Assembly (NCBI RefSeq): GCF_029626105.1
Contig: NZ_JARUBH010000009.1
Coordinates: 6,666,011-6,690,010, forward strand
From: Solwaraspora sp. WMMD792
GTDB taxonomy: Bacteria; Actinomycetota; Actinomycetes; Mycobacteriales; Micromonosporaceae
DNA length: 24,000 nucleotides
Reading direction: 5' to 3'
How positions within the stretch are numbered: position 1 is the stretch's first letter; every line of letters starts with the position of its first letter. A program made the position numbers and the translations under genes. The notes under the pieces are model-generated. The model saw only the letters and a list, made by a program, of their open reading frames with translations, was not told where the DNA came from and searched no databases. Below, piece by piece: positions 1 through 11,126 of the stretch.

Positions 1-281
1 ACCACCGACCGGGTGGCCTGCTCCAGGCCGGCGCGGGTGAAGAACATCCGGGCGGCGGCCGGGCCGAACTTGCCGGTCGCGCGGGCGCGCAGCGCGGCCT
101 GGGTGAGCGCGGCGGTCGCCAGCGGTGCCGGCACCCCGGCGGTACGCAGCGCGGTCGCCGCCGCGAGCGGATCCGCCCCGCCCGGCGCGGCCAGCACCTC
201 GGCCGCGGCGACCAGCGCGGCCGCGCCCTCCGGGGCGCGCAGGGCGGCCAGTTCGTCCGGGTGCACCGCGACATTGTCCAT
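1..281 (-). CDS. Class I SAM-dependent methyltransferase-like protein, N-terminal part (gene runs off the left edge)
   Basis: Minus-strand ATG at 281-279. Translation is MDNVAVHPDELAALRAPEGAAALV...LTQAALRARATGKFGPAAARMFFTRAGLEQATRSVV, with high GC3. The KFG...MFFT..GLEQATR stretch resembles the N-terminus of actinobacterial THUMP-like SAM methyltransferases (recalled, not searched). It is absent from the ORF track because the window edge truncates it. Confidence 0.5.
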   Translation of the reverse strand, partial: MDNVAVHPDELAALRAPEGAAALVAAAEVLAAPGGADPLAAATALRTAGVPAPLATAALTQAALRARATGKFGPAAARMFFTRAGLEQATRSV

Positions 282-295
282 GCTCGGCCATCGGG

Positions 296-322
296 CTAGC
301 ACTCCGCACAGGCGACTGCTAA
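296..322 (+). promoter_or_regulatory. CIRCE operator 1 (HrcA binding site) upstream of groES
   Basis: CTAGCACTC-N9-GACTGCTAA versus the CIRCE consensus TTAGCACTC-N9-GAGTGCTAA (16/18). It lies about 175 nt upstream of groES. Confidence 0.8.
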
Positions 323-329
323 TCTGCGG

Positions 330-356
330 TTAGCACTCTCGGGTCGAGGGTGCCAG
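330..356 (+). promoter_or_regulatory. CIRCE operator 2 (degenerate right arm)
   Basis: TTAGCACTC-N9-GGGTGCCAG. The left arm is perfect and the right arm matches GAGTGCTAA at 6/9. It sits 7 nt after CIRCE 1. Confidence 0.6.
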
Positions 357-497
357 CCCGCCGGCTCCCGCCGGTGAGCGAAACGCCAGGCGGTCCGGCA
401 CCCGCGACGACGGATCCGCCCGGTGGACATGAGGCAGATTGACGCCGGTTACCCACGTGGCCGGCACCAAAACCAGATACCCCAGGAGGGTATGCCC

Positions 498-806
498 GTG
501 ACTACCGCGACCAAGGTTGCGATCAAGCCGCTCGAGGACCGGATCCTGGTCCAGGCGAACGAGGCTGAGACCACCACGGCGTCGGGCATCGTGATCCCCG
601 ACACCGCCAAGGAGAAGCCGCAGGAGGGCACCGTCCTCGCTGTCGGCCCCGGCCGCGTCGACGACAAGGGCAACCGGATCCCGGTTGACGTCAACGTCGG
701 CGACACGGTCATCTACTCGAAGTACGGCGGCACCGAGGTCAAGTACGCCGGCGAGGAGTACCTGGTGCTCTCCGCCCGCGACGTCCTCGCGGTCATCGAG
801 AAGTGA
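498..806 (+). CDS. groES: Co-chaperonin GroES (102 aa)
   Basis: [53 protein letters not shown]...[30 protein letters not shown] is canonical actinobacterial GroES. GTG at 498 lies 8 nt after AGGAGG (484-489). ATG at 492 is too close to the SD. The track ORF start at 423 is an upstream extension. Confidence 0.95.
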   Translation: MTTATKVAIKPLEDRILVQANEAETTTASGIVIPDTAKEKPQEGTVLAVGPGRVDDKGNRIPVDVNVGDTVIYSKYGGTEVKYAGEEYLVLSARDVLAVIEK

Positions 807-824
807 CCTACTGCCAGTGCTGAA

Positions 825-857
825 CGCCCCGAAGCCCCAGCCCGGGGCTTCGGGGCG
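825..857 (+). terminator. Perfect 14-bp stem-loop between groES and groEL1 (attenuator, processing or stabilising hairpin)
   Basis: CGCCCCGAAGCCCC (825-838), loop AGCCC, GGGGCTTCGGGGCG (844-857). No U-tract follows, so it is at most a partial terminator. Confidence 0.45.
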
Positions 858-875
858 TCGCCCGTTGGCCGGTGA

Positions 876-2567
<1,692 letters not shown>

Positions 2568-2603
2568 CCGGAAGTTCCACCTGCTCCACCTGCTCCACCC
2601 TGG

Positions 2604-2662
2604 ATCCGCGTGATCAGTACGGCCGAGGGCGCACTCCGCCCGAGGTTTCTGATCACGCGGAT
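2604..2662 (+). terminator. Large stem-loop downstream of groEL1 (14-bp perfect inverted repeat, 31-nt loop)
   Basis: ATCCGCGTGATCAG (2604-2617) and CTGATCACGCGGAT (2649-2662) are exact reverse complements. The loop holds a small GGGCG/CGCCC hairpin. It begins 37 nt after the groEL stop. Confidence 0.4.
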
Positions 2663-2730
2663 TCTGCGTATCGTCGGCGGTACCTACGCGCCGTCGACCC
2701 GTACGGTGCCGGACAGATGGGCTGGACGCG

Positions 2731-4377
2731 ATGAGGCCGGAGCCGACGGTGCCGGACGCGACAGGGCCGGAGCCGACCGGGCCAGCTGCGCAGACCGAAC
2801 CACCGGGCCACCTGCCCAGGCCGCTCGCGGCGCTCGCCGGGGTGGCCGCGGCCGCGCTCGCCCTGGGCCTGGCCGAGCTGATCGCCGTCGCCACCGGCGC
2901 CCGCTCGGCACCGCTGGTCGCGGTCGGCGGGGTGGTCGTCGACACCGTCCCCGAGCCGCTGAAACAGTTCGCCATCGACGTGTTCGGCGTACACGACAAG
3001 ACCGCGCTGCTGATCGGCACCGGCGTACTGCTCGCCGGGTTCGCGGCCGTGATCGGGGTGCTGGCCGCCCGCCGGCTCGCCGTCGGCTTCGCCGGCATCG
3101 CGGTCTTCGGCGTGATCGGCGCGGCGGCCGCGCTCACCCGGCCCGGCGCCGGGCCGGCCGCCGTCCTGCCGGCGGTGATCGGCGCGTCCGCCGCCGCACT
3201 GCTGCTCTGGGCGCTGCTCGCCGGCCCGCTGCGGCCGGCCGCAGCCGCGTCGTCCTCCGCCGCGGCGCCCGCTGAACCGGCGCCGGTACCGGTGCGGCCC
3301 GGTGCCGGCACCGCCGACCGGCGCCGGTTCCTGTCCAGCGTCGGCGTGTCGGTCGGCGCCGCCCTGATCACCGGTGCCGGTGGTCGCTGGCTGGCGCAAC
3401 GCCGGGGGGTGGCGACCGCCCGGTCCGCCGTGACGCTGCCCGCCCCGGTCGACGCCGCGCCGCCGCTGCCTTCCGGTGTGGACCCGGCGGCGCCGGGGCT
3501 GAGCCGGTACGTCACCACCAACCGTGACTTCTACCGGATCGACACCGCGCTGGTCGTGCCCCAGGTCGACCCGGACGAATGGCAACTGCGGATCCACGGC
3601 CGGGTGACCAACCCGATCACCCTGAGCTACGCCGACCTGCTCGGGATGGAGCTGGTGGAGCGGTACGTCACGCTGGCCTGTGTCTCGAACGAGGTGGGCG
3701 GGAATCTCATCGGCAACGCCCGCTGGCTCGGCGTACCGGTGCGGGACCTGCTGGTCGAGGCGGGCCCGCTGCCCGGAGCCGACCAGGTCGTCGGCCGGTC
3801 CGTCGACGGCTGGACCTGCGGCACCCCGACCGAGGCGCTGCTGGACGGGCGGGACGCGCTGCTCGCGGTCGGGATGAACGGTCAACCGCTGCCGGTCGAG
3901 CACGGTTTCCCGGTCCGCATGGTGGTGCCCGGCCTCTACGGCTACGTCTCCGCCTGCAAGTGGGTCACCGAGTTGGAGTTGACCAGCTTCGCCGACTTCG
4001 ACGCGTACTGGGTGCCGCGCGGCTGGGCGGCGCAGGGCCCGATCAAGACCCAGTCCCGGATCGACACCCCCCGGGTCCGCGCCGAACTGTCCGCCGGCAC
4101 CGTTGCGGTGGCCGGGGTGGCGTGGGCCCCGCACCGGGGCATCAGCGGCGTCGAGGTACGGGTGGACGACGGCCCTTGGCAGCCGGCCGAGCTGGCCCCG
4201 GCGGTCTCCGCGGACACCTGGGTGCAGTGGGTCTGGCAGTGGCCGGCGACCTCGGGTGAGCACCTGCTGCAGGTCCGGGCAACCGACGGGACCGGCGCCA
4301 CCCAGCCCGAACTACGCCAGCCGGTCGCCCCGGACGGGGCGACCGGCTGGCATTCCGTCCGCGTCACAGTCCAGTAG
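2731..4377 (+). CDS. Membrane-anchored molybdopterin-dependent oxidoreductase (sulfite-oxidase/YedY fold)
   Basis: The N-terminal ~190 aa has about 4 hydrophobic helices, followed by an internal RRRFLSSVGVSVGAALITGAGG twin-arginine-like segment. The C-terminal domain reads YVTTNRDFYRID...WQLRIHG...LACVSNEVGG...NARWLGVPVRDLL...MNGQPLPVEHGFPVRMVVPGLYGYVSACKWVTELEL, which is typical of the Mo-co oxidoreductase plus dimerisation/Ig-like domain. Confidence 0.85.
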   Translation: MRPEPTVPDATGPEPTGPAAQTEPPGHLPRPLAALAGVAAAALALGLAELIAVATGARSAPLVAVGGVVVDTVPEPLKQFAIDVFGVHDKTALLIGTGVLLAGFAAVIGVLAARRLAVGFAGIAVFGVIGAAAALTRPGAGPAAVLPAVIGASAAALLLWALLAGPLRPAAAASSSAAAPAEPAPVPVRPGAGTADRRRFLSSVGVSVGAALITGAGGRWLAQRRGVATARSAVTLPAPVDAAPPLPSGVDPAAPGLSRYVTTNRDFYRIDTALVVPQVDPDEWQLRIHGRVTNPITLSYADLLGMELVERYVTLACVSNEVGGNLIGNARWLGVPVRDLLVEAGPLPGADQVVGRSVDGWTCGTPTEALLDGRDALLAVGMNGQPLPVEHGFPVRMVVPGLYGYVSACKWVTELELTSFADFDAYWVPRGWAAQGPIKTQSRIDTPRVRAELSAGTVAVAGVAWAPHRGISGVEVRVDDGPWQPAELAPAVSADTWVQWVWQWPATSGEHLLQVRATDGTGATQPELRQPVAPDGATGWHSVRVTVQ

Positions 4378-4413
4378 GGACAATCGAACCGGCGGCCGTG
4401 GCCGTGGGCGTGG

Positions 4414-4842
4414 TCATGCGGCGGTGGCCGAGTCCGCCGGCTGCGGCCTGACGGCGGCCGATTCCGGCCGGCGCTGGGCCGGCACGGTCGACTTGTGCGG
4501 CCGGCCCAGCCGGGCCTCCAGCCGTTGCACATCGACCCGGCCGCCACGGCGGTCGGCGAGATCCTCCCAGCCGAGGGCGAGCAGCCGGAGCCGTTCCGAC
4601 TCGCTGAAGCCGCCCCACACCCCGTACGGCTCGCGCACCGACAGGGCGTGCGCGGCGCACTCCGCGCGGACCGGGCAGGTCCGGCAGACCGCCTTGGCTC
4701 CCGACTCCCGGCGGTTGCGTGACGACCCCCGCTCACCGTCGGGGTGGAAGAACTGGGCGCTGTCCCGGCCACGGCAGGCACCGAGGATCTGCCACTCCCA
4801 CAGGTCGACGATCGGTCCGGGCAGTCGGCGTACATCCGACAT
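4414..4842 (-). CDS. whiD: WhiB-family [4Fe-4S] transcription factor, WhiD/WhiB3 orthologue (142 aa)
   Basis: MSDVRRLPGPIVDLWEWQILGACRGRDSAQFFHPDGERGSSRNRRESGAKAVCRTCPVRAECAAHALSVREPYGVWGGFSESER carries the four Cys and the GVWGG turn. It is nearly collinear with Streptomyces WhiD. ATG at 4842 is preceded by GGAGG. The position between groEL1 and guaB matches whiB3 (Rv3416) and whiD (SCO4767). Confidence 0.9.
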   Translation of the reverse strand: MSDVRRLPGPIVDLWEWQILGACRGRDSAQFFHPDGERGSSRNRRESGAKAVCRTCPVRAECAAHALSVREPYGVWGGFSESERLRLLALGWEDLADRRGGRVDVQRLEARLGRPHKSTVPAQRRPESAAVRPQPADSATAA

Positions 4843-4970
4843 CTGCACCCCTCCTTCCGCGCGGCTCCCGCGGACACTTCGTGGTAGGACCGGCCGGCCG
4901 GCCGCGCAAGCGCTCCGGTCCTTCGTATCACCGGGGTACCCGGGAGTCCCACTGCTCAATCACCCGTGCC

Positions 4971-5018
4971 GGAACGGGTGGGATCACCCGGGTCGGAACC
5001 TGCGCGCGATAGCCGGTC
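4971..5018 (+). promoter_or_regulatory. Two tandem ECF-sigma-like promoter motifs (GGAAC-N16-GTC) facing the bldM-like gene
   Basis: GGAAC 4971-4975 plus 16 nt plus GTC 4992-4994, then GGAAC 4995-4999 plus 16 nt plus GTC 5016-5018. Both are embedded in 17-bp direct repeats ATCACCCGTGCCGGAAC (4959-4975) and ATCACCCGGGTCGGAAC (4983-4999). This is a motif-level call only. Confidence 0.3.
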
Positions 5019-5122
5019 GGCGACGTGGCCACCGGTCCTGAACTTTCATCTTTTTTCGTGGCAAAGCGCATGAGCGAGCGTGCCTCGCATGATCTGCTGC
5101 TGGCGGGAGAGGGGAGTCACAA

Positions 5123-6178
5123 GTGCGCAAGGTGCTCGTGTGTGTGCGAACGGTAGTTGCAGCTCAGAACATCACCGCCGCCGCCGCCCGGCTCGGTCTC
5201 TCCGCCGCAGTACGAACAGCGGTCTCTGAACCGGAGGTGATGCTGCGGCTCGCCGAACGCCCAGCGGAGATCGTACTCGCCGACACCGCCCTGGCCCGTC
5301 CGGACAGCGCCAGCTTCACCCGCCGGGTACTGGCCCGCTCGCCGGGCAGCGTGATCGTGCTGTTCGGCGGGGAGGACCCGCAGGTGGCGTCGGCCGCGCT
5401 GGCAGCCGGCGCCCGCGGACTGCTGCGCGGCACCGACGACCTGGTCACCGCCGTTGCGAAGACCCTGCTGCTGCTCGCCGCGCCGGGCCGCCGTACGCCG
5501 GCACTGCTGACCGAGCAGTCAGCAGCCGCACCGGCCCCGGCGGTGACCGCCACTATTGGTGCCGCTGGCGCGGCGACTCATCACCCCGGGGCCGCCGTCG
5601 CTGGTACCGACTCCGCCGGACGATCGGTCACCGGCGGCGCCGAGCAGACGGCTGCGGCCGCTGCCGGTGCGGACCCGGCCACCGGCCCGAACGTGGTGCC
5701 GAACCAACGCGACGACGCGGCCGCGACGGCACCGGCCGCCGACACGGCCGACGCACCGGCACCCGTCCCGCACCCCGACGGCGCACCGACCGACGGCGCG
5801 CCGACCGACGGCGCGCCGACCGACGGTGCACCCAATGACAGCGCACCGACCGACGGCGCACCCAATGGCAGCGCACCGACCGACGGTGCACCCAATGACG
5901 GTGCACCCAATGACGGCGTAGCGCACGGTGCCGGACCGGATGGCGCCCAGCCGTCGGACGGTCGAGTCACCGCACTACGCCGGATCGGGCTCACCGAACG
6001 CGAACTCCAGGTGCTACGCGGGATGGCGGAAGGCAAGAGCAACGGCGAGATCGGCCGCGACCTGTTCGTCTCGGAGGACACCGTCAAGACCCACGCGCGA
6101 CGACTGTTCCGCAAGCTCGGCGCACGGGACCGGGCGCACGCGGTGGCCACCGGATTCCGTACCGGACTGGTCGCCTGA
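5123..6178 (+). CDS. bldM: BldM/TcrA-like atypical NarL/LuxR-family response regulator with an expanded low-complexity linker (351 aa)
   Basis: The C-terminal HTH LTERELQVLRGMAEGKSNGEIGRDLFVSEDTVKTHARRLFRKLGARDRAHAVATGFRTGLVA is nearly identical to Streptomyces BldM (recalled). The N-terminal VLVC...IVLADTAL...AAGARGLL is receiver-like. GTG at 5123 follows GGGAGAGGGGAG. It sits next to whiD, as SCO4767/4768 do. Confidence 0.8.
   Translation: MRKVLVCVRTVVAAQNITAAAARLGLSAAVRTAVSEPEVMLRLAERPAEIVLADTALARPDSASFTRRVLARSPGSVIVLFGGEDPQVASAALAAGARGLLRGTDDLVTAVAKTLLLLAAPGRRTPALLTEQSAAAPAPAVTATIGAAGAATHHPGAAVAGTDSAGRSVTGGAEQTAAAAAGADPATGPNVVPNQRDDAAATAPAADTADAPAPVPHPDGAPTDGAPTDGAPTDGAPNDSAPTDGAPNGSAPTDGAPNDGAPNDGVAHGAGPDGAQPSDGRVTALRRIGLTERELQVLRGMAEGKSNGEIGRDLFVSEDTVKTHARRLFRKLGARDRAHAVATGFRTGLVA
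5777..5917 (+). repeat. 15-bp coding tandem repeat, 9 full units plus a partial one (GAPTD/GAPND pentapeptides)
   Basis: Units are GACGGCGCACCGACC, GACGGCGCGCCGACC x2, GACGGTGCACCCAAT, GACAGCGCACCGACC, GACGGCGCACCCAAT, GGCAGCGCACCGACC and GACGGTGCACCCAAT x2. They are in phase with the bldM-like reading frame. Confidence 0.9.
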
Positions 6179-8416
<2,238 letters not shown>

Positions 8417-8488
8417 CCTACGCCGTCGACCTGCCCGCGCGGTGGCCGAGCCGCCGGGCGGTCGACCTGTCCATGACGGAGATATGCC

Positions 8489-9607
8489 ATGCGTGACGTG
8501 GTCGAGATCGGGCTGGGCAAGACCGCGCAGCGCGGCTACCACCTGGACGACATCGCCATCGTGCCGAGCCGGCGGACCCGGGACGTCGACGACGTCTCCA
8601 CCGCGTGGCAGCTCGACGCGTACCAGTTCAAGATCCCGTGCGTGGCGCATCCGTCGGATGCCACGATGAGCCCGGCCAGCGCCGCCAAGCTGAGCGAGCT
8701 GGGCGGGCTCGGCGTACTCAACGTCGAAGGGCTGTGGACCCGCTACGAGGACCCGAGCAGGGTGCTCGGCGAGCTGACCGCGCTGGGCGACGACGACCCG
8801 GCGACCCGCCGGCTGCAGGAGGTGTACGCCGAACCGATCCGTCCCGAGCTGATCGCCGAACGGGTCCGGCAGATGCGGGCCGGCGGCGGTACGGTCGCCG
8901 CCCGGGTGTCGCCGCAGCACACCCTGGCGCTGGCCCCGGTGGTGCTGGACGCCGGCGTGGACATCCTGGTGATCCAGGGCACCCTGGTGTCGGCGGAGCA
9001 CGTGTCCACCACCGACGAGCCGCTGAACCTCAAGGAGTTCATCGCCGACCTGGACCTGCCGGTGGTGGTCGGCGGCTGCACCGACTACAAGACGGCGCTG
9101 CACCTGATGCGTACCGGCGCGGCCGGGGTGATCGTCGGGATCGGCGCCGACGAGTGGTCGACCACCGACTCGGTGCTCGGTATCCGGGTGCCGATGGCCA
9201 CGGCGATCGCCGACGCGGCCGCCGCCCGCCGCGACTACCTGGACGAGACCGGTGGCCGGTACGTGCACCTGATCGCCGACGGTGACCTGCAGACCTCCGG
9301 TGACATCGCCAAGGCGCTGGGCTGCGGTGCCGACGCGGTGATGCTCGGTGAGCCGCTGTCGCTGTGTGCCGAGGCCCCGGCCGCCGGGGCATGGTGGCAT
9401 TCGGTGGCCAGCCACCCGAAGCTGCCGCGTGGCGCGTTCGGGGTGGCCGACGAGCCGCTGGGCACCATGGAGCAGTTGCTGTTCGGGCCGGCCGACTCCC
9501 CGGACGGCCAGCAGAACCTGTTCGGCGGGCTGCGCCGGGCGATGGCCAAGTGCGGCTACCGCGATCTGAAGGAGTTCCAGCGGGTCGGTCTGGTCCTCGA
9601 CCGGTGA
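8489..9607 (+). CDS. guaB3: GuaB3-family IMP dehydrogenase-related protein
   Basis: MRDVVEIGLGKTAQRGYHLDDIAIVPSRRTRDVDDVSTAWQLDAYQFKIPCVAHPSDA...[23 protein letters not shown] is the CBS-less IMPDH paralogue that follows guaB in actinobacteria. Confidence 0.9.
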   Translation: MRDVVEIGLGKTAQRGYHLDDIAIVPSRRTRDVDDVSTAWQLDAYQFKIPCVAHPSDATMSPASAAKLSELGGLGVLNVEGLWTRYEDPSRVLGELTALGDDDPATRRLQEVYAEPIRPELIAERVRQMRAGGGTVAARVSPQHTLALAPVVLDAGVDILVIQGTLVSAEHVSTTDEPLNLKEFIADLDLPVVVGGCTDYKTALHLMRTGAAGVIVGIGADEWSTTDSVLGIRVPMATAIADAAAARRDYLDETGGRYVHLIADGDLQTSGDIAKALGCGADAVMLGEPLSLCAEAPAAGAWWHSVASHPKLPRGAFGVADEPLGTMEQLLFGPADSPDGQQNLFGGLRRAMAKCGYRDLKEFQRVGLVLDR

Positions 9608-11058
9608 CCAGCCGCCGTCCGTCGTTCGCGCTGCGGCGGCGTACGTCCGGTGTCGCCGCGCTGCTCGCGGCGGTGCTGGCCGCCGGCATCGCCGGCTGCG
9701 GCGTCCTGCCGGAGCTGATCGACCGAAACGACGACAGCCCGGCGGGTGGTTTCCGACCCGGTGCGGCCGGCATCGGCGACCCCTACTTTCCGACGTACGG
9801 CAACGGTGGCTACGACGTGGCCGGCTACCAGTTGACGCTGCGCTACGACCCGGACAGCGAGCGGCTCGACGGCACCGCCACGATCACCGCCACCGCCACC
9901 ACGGATCTGTCCCGGTTCAACCTTGACCTGGCCGGGCTGGTCGTCGACGCGGTCACCGTCGACGACACCCCGGCCGGGCACAGCCGCGACGGCAACGAGC
10001 TGGTCGTCACCCCGGCCACCGGGCTGGCCGACGGTACGCAGTTCACCGTGGTCGTCGACTACGGCGGCCGGCCCGAGCTCCTGACCAGCCCGGACCTGGG
10101 TGCGGGCGGCTTTCACGTGACCGACGACGGGGCGATCGCGCTCGGCCAGCCTGAGTCGGCCAGCACCTGGTTCCCGGTCAACGACCATCCGCTGGACAAG
10201 GCGACCTTCGACATCGACGTCACCGTCCCGGACGGGCTGGCCGCGCTGAGCATCGGCGTACCGGGGCCCACCAGCAGCGCCGACGGCTGGACCACCTGGA
10301 CCTGGTCGGAGTCCACCCCGTTGGCCAGCTACCTGACCACCCTGGTGATCGGCGACTACCGGGTGGAGCGTGGCACCCACGCCGGCCGGCCGATGGTGAC
10401 CGCCGTCTCCGCCGATCTGCCGGAAGGTGGCCCGGCCGAGCAGGCGATGGCCCGCACCGGTGAGATCGCCGACTACCTGGAGTCGGTGTTCGGCCCGTAC
10501 CCGGTCGACGCATACGGCGGCGTGGTGGTGAACGACGACCGGATCCGCTACGCCCTGGAGACCCAGTCCCGGCCGGTGTACGGCGACGTGTTCTTCGACT
10601 CCGGGCCGGTCACCTGGGTGGTCGCGCACGAGTTGGCCCACCAGTGGTTCGGCAACAGTGTGTCGATCCGGCACTGGCGGGACATGTGGCTCAACGAGGG
10701 TTTCGCGACGTACGCGGAGTGGTTGTGGTCCGAGCACGACGGTGCGGCCAGCGTCGACGAGATGTTCGACCGGGAGTACGACCGGATCGACTGGGCGAGT
10801 CCGGCCGGTGACCCTGGCCCGGCGGGGATCTTCAGCCAGTCGGTGTACAAGCGGGGCGGGCTGACCGTGCACGCGTTGCGGCTGACCATCGGCGACGACG
10901 CGTTCTTCCGCCTGCTCCGCACCTGGACGGCCGAGCGACGCAACGGCAACGCCAGCACCGAGGAGTTCGTCACGGTCGCCGAGCGGGTCTCCGGCCAGCC
11001 GCTGCGGGAATTCTTCGATGCCTGGCTGTACGGCGACACCGCTCCGGCCAAGCCCTGA
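9604..11058 (+). CDS. M1-family zinc metallopeptidase (aminopeptidase N-like) lipoprotein
   Basis: GTG at 9604 overlaps the guaB3 stop (GTGA). The signal peptide has a lipobox, LAAVLAAGIAGC. The zinc motif is HELAHQWFGNSVSIRHWRDMWLNEGFATY (HEXXH-X18-E). The track ORF start at 9364 lies inside guaB3. Confidence 0.85.
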   Translation: MTSRRPSFALRRRTSGVAALLAAVLAAGIAGCGVLPELIDRNDDSPAGGFRPGAAGIGDPYFPTYGNGGYDVAGYQLTLRYDPDSERLDGTATITATATTDLSRFNLDLAGLVVDAVTVDDTPAGHSRDGNELVVTPATGLADGTQFTVVVDYGGRPELLTSPDLGAGGFHVTDDGAIALGQPESASTWFPVNDHPLDKATFDIDVTVPDGLAALSIGVPGPTSSADGWTTWTWSESTPLASYLTTLVIGDYRVERGTHAGRPMVTAVSADLPEGGPAEQAMARTGEIADYLESVFGPYPVDAYGGVVVNDDRIRYALETQSRPVYGDVFFDSGPVTWVVAHELAHQWFGNSVSIRHWRDMWLNEGFATYAEWLWSEHDGAASVDEMFDREYDRIDWASPAGDPGPAGIFSQSVYKRGGLTVHALRLTIGDDAFFRLLRTWTAERRNGNASTEEFVTVAERVSGQPLREFFDAWLYGDTAPAKP

Positions 11059-11070
11059 CTGGTAGTGCGT

Positions 11071-11100
11071 GGCGGGCCCGGCGTGAATGCCGGGCCCGCC
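11071..11100. terminator. Bidirectional intrinsic-type terminator hairpin between convergent genes
   Basis: GGCGGGCCCGGC (11071-11082), loop GTGAAT, GCCGGGCCCGCC (11089-11100). It is a perfect 12-bp GC stem between the M1 peptidase stop (11058) and the GH62 stop (11127). Confidence 0.7.
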
Positions 11101-11126
11101 TTGTCATGGTGTGGTGTGGGGTTCGG

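Noticed and set aside
4103-5041. 312-aa + strand ORF across the whiD region, and other 60-230-aa ORFs throughout (for example 125-322, 3579-4259, 8605-9285, 19765-20481).
   Set aside because: They are alternative-frame or antisense overlaps of confidently assigned genes, with Arg/Pro-rich translations and no independent support.
5777-5917. Regular 15-bp repeats that could be mistaken for a CRISPR-like or satellite array. The same applies to the 12035-12140 PT-linker repeats.
   Set aside because: The units are contiguous with no spacers, are in phase with well-supported reading frames, and encode pentapeptide or PT-linker low-complexity segments. They are not CRISPR.
9364-9603. 5' extension of the M1 peptidase ORF into guaB3.
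   Set aside because: It lies entirely inside the guaB3 coding sequence in another frame. The lipoprotein signal peptide begins right after GTG 9604.
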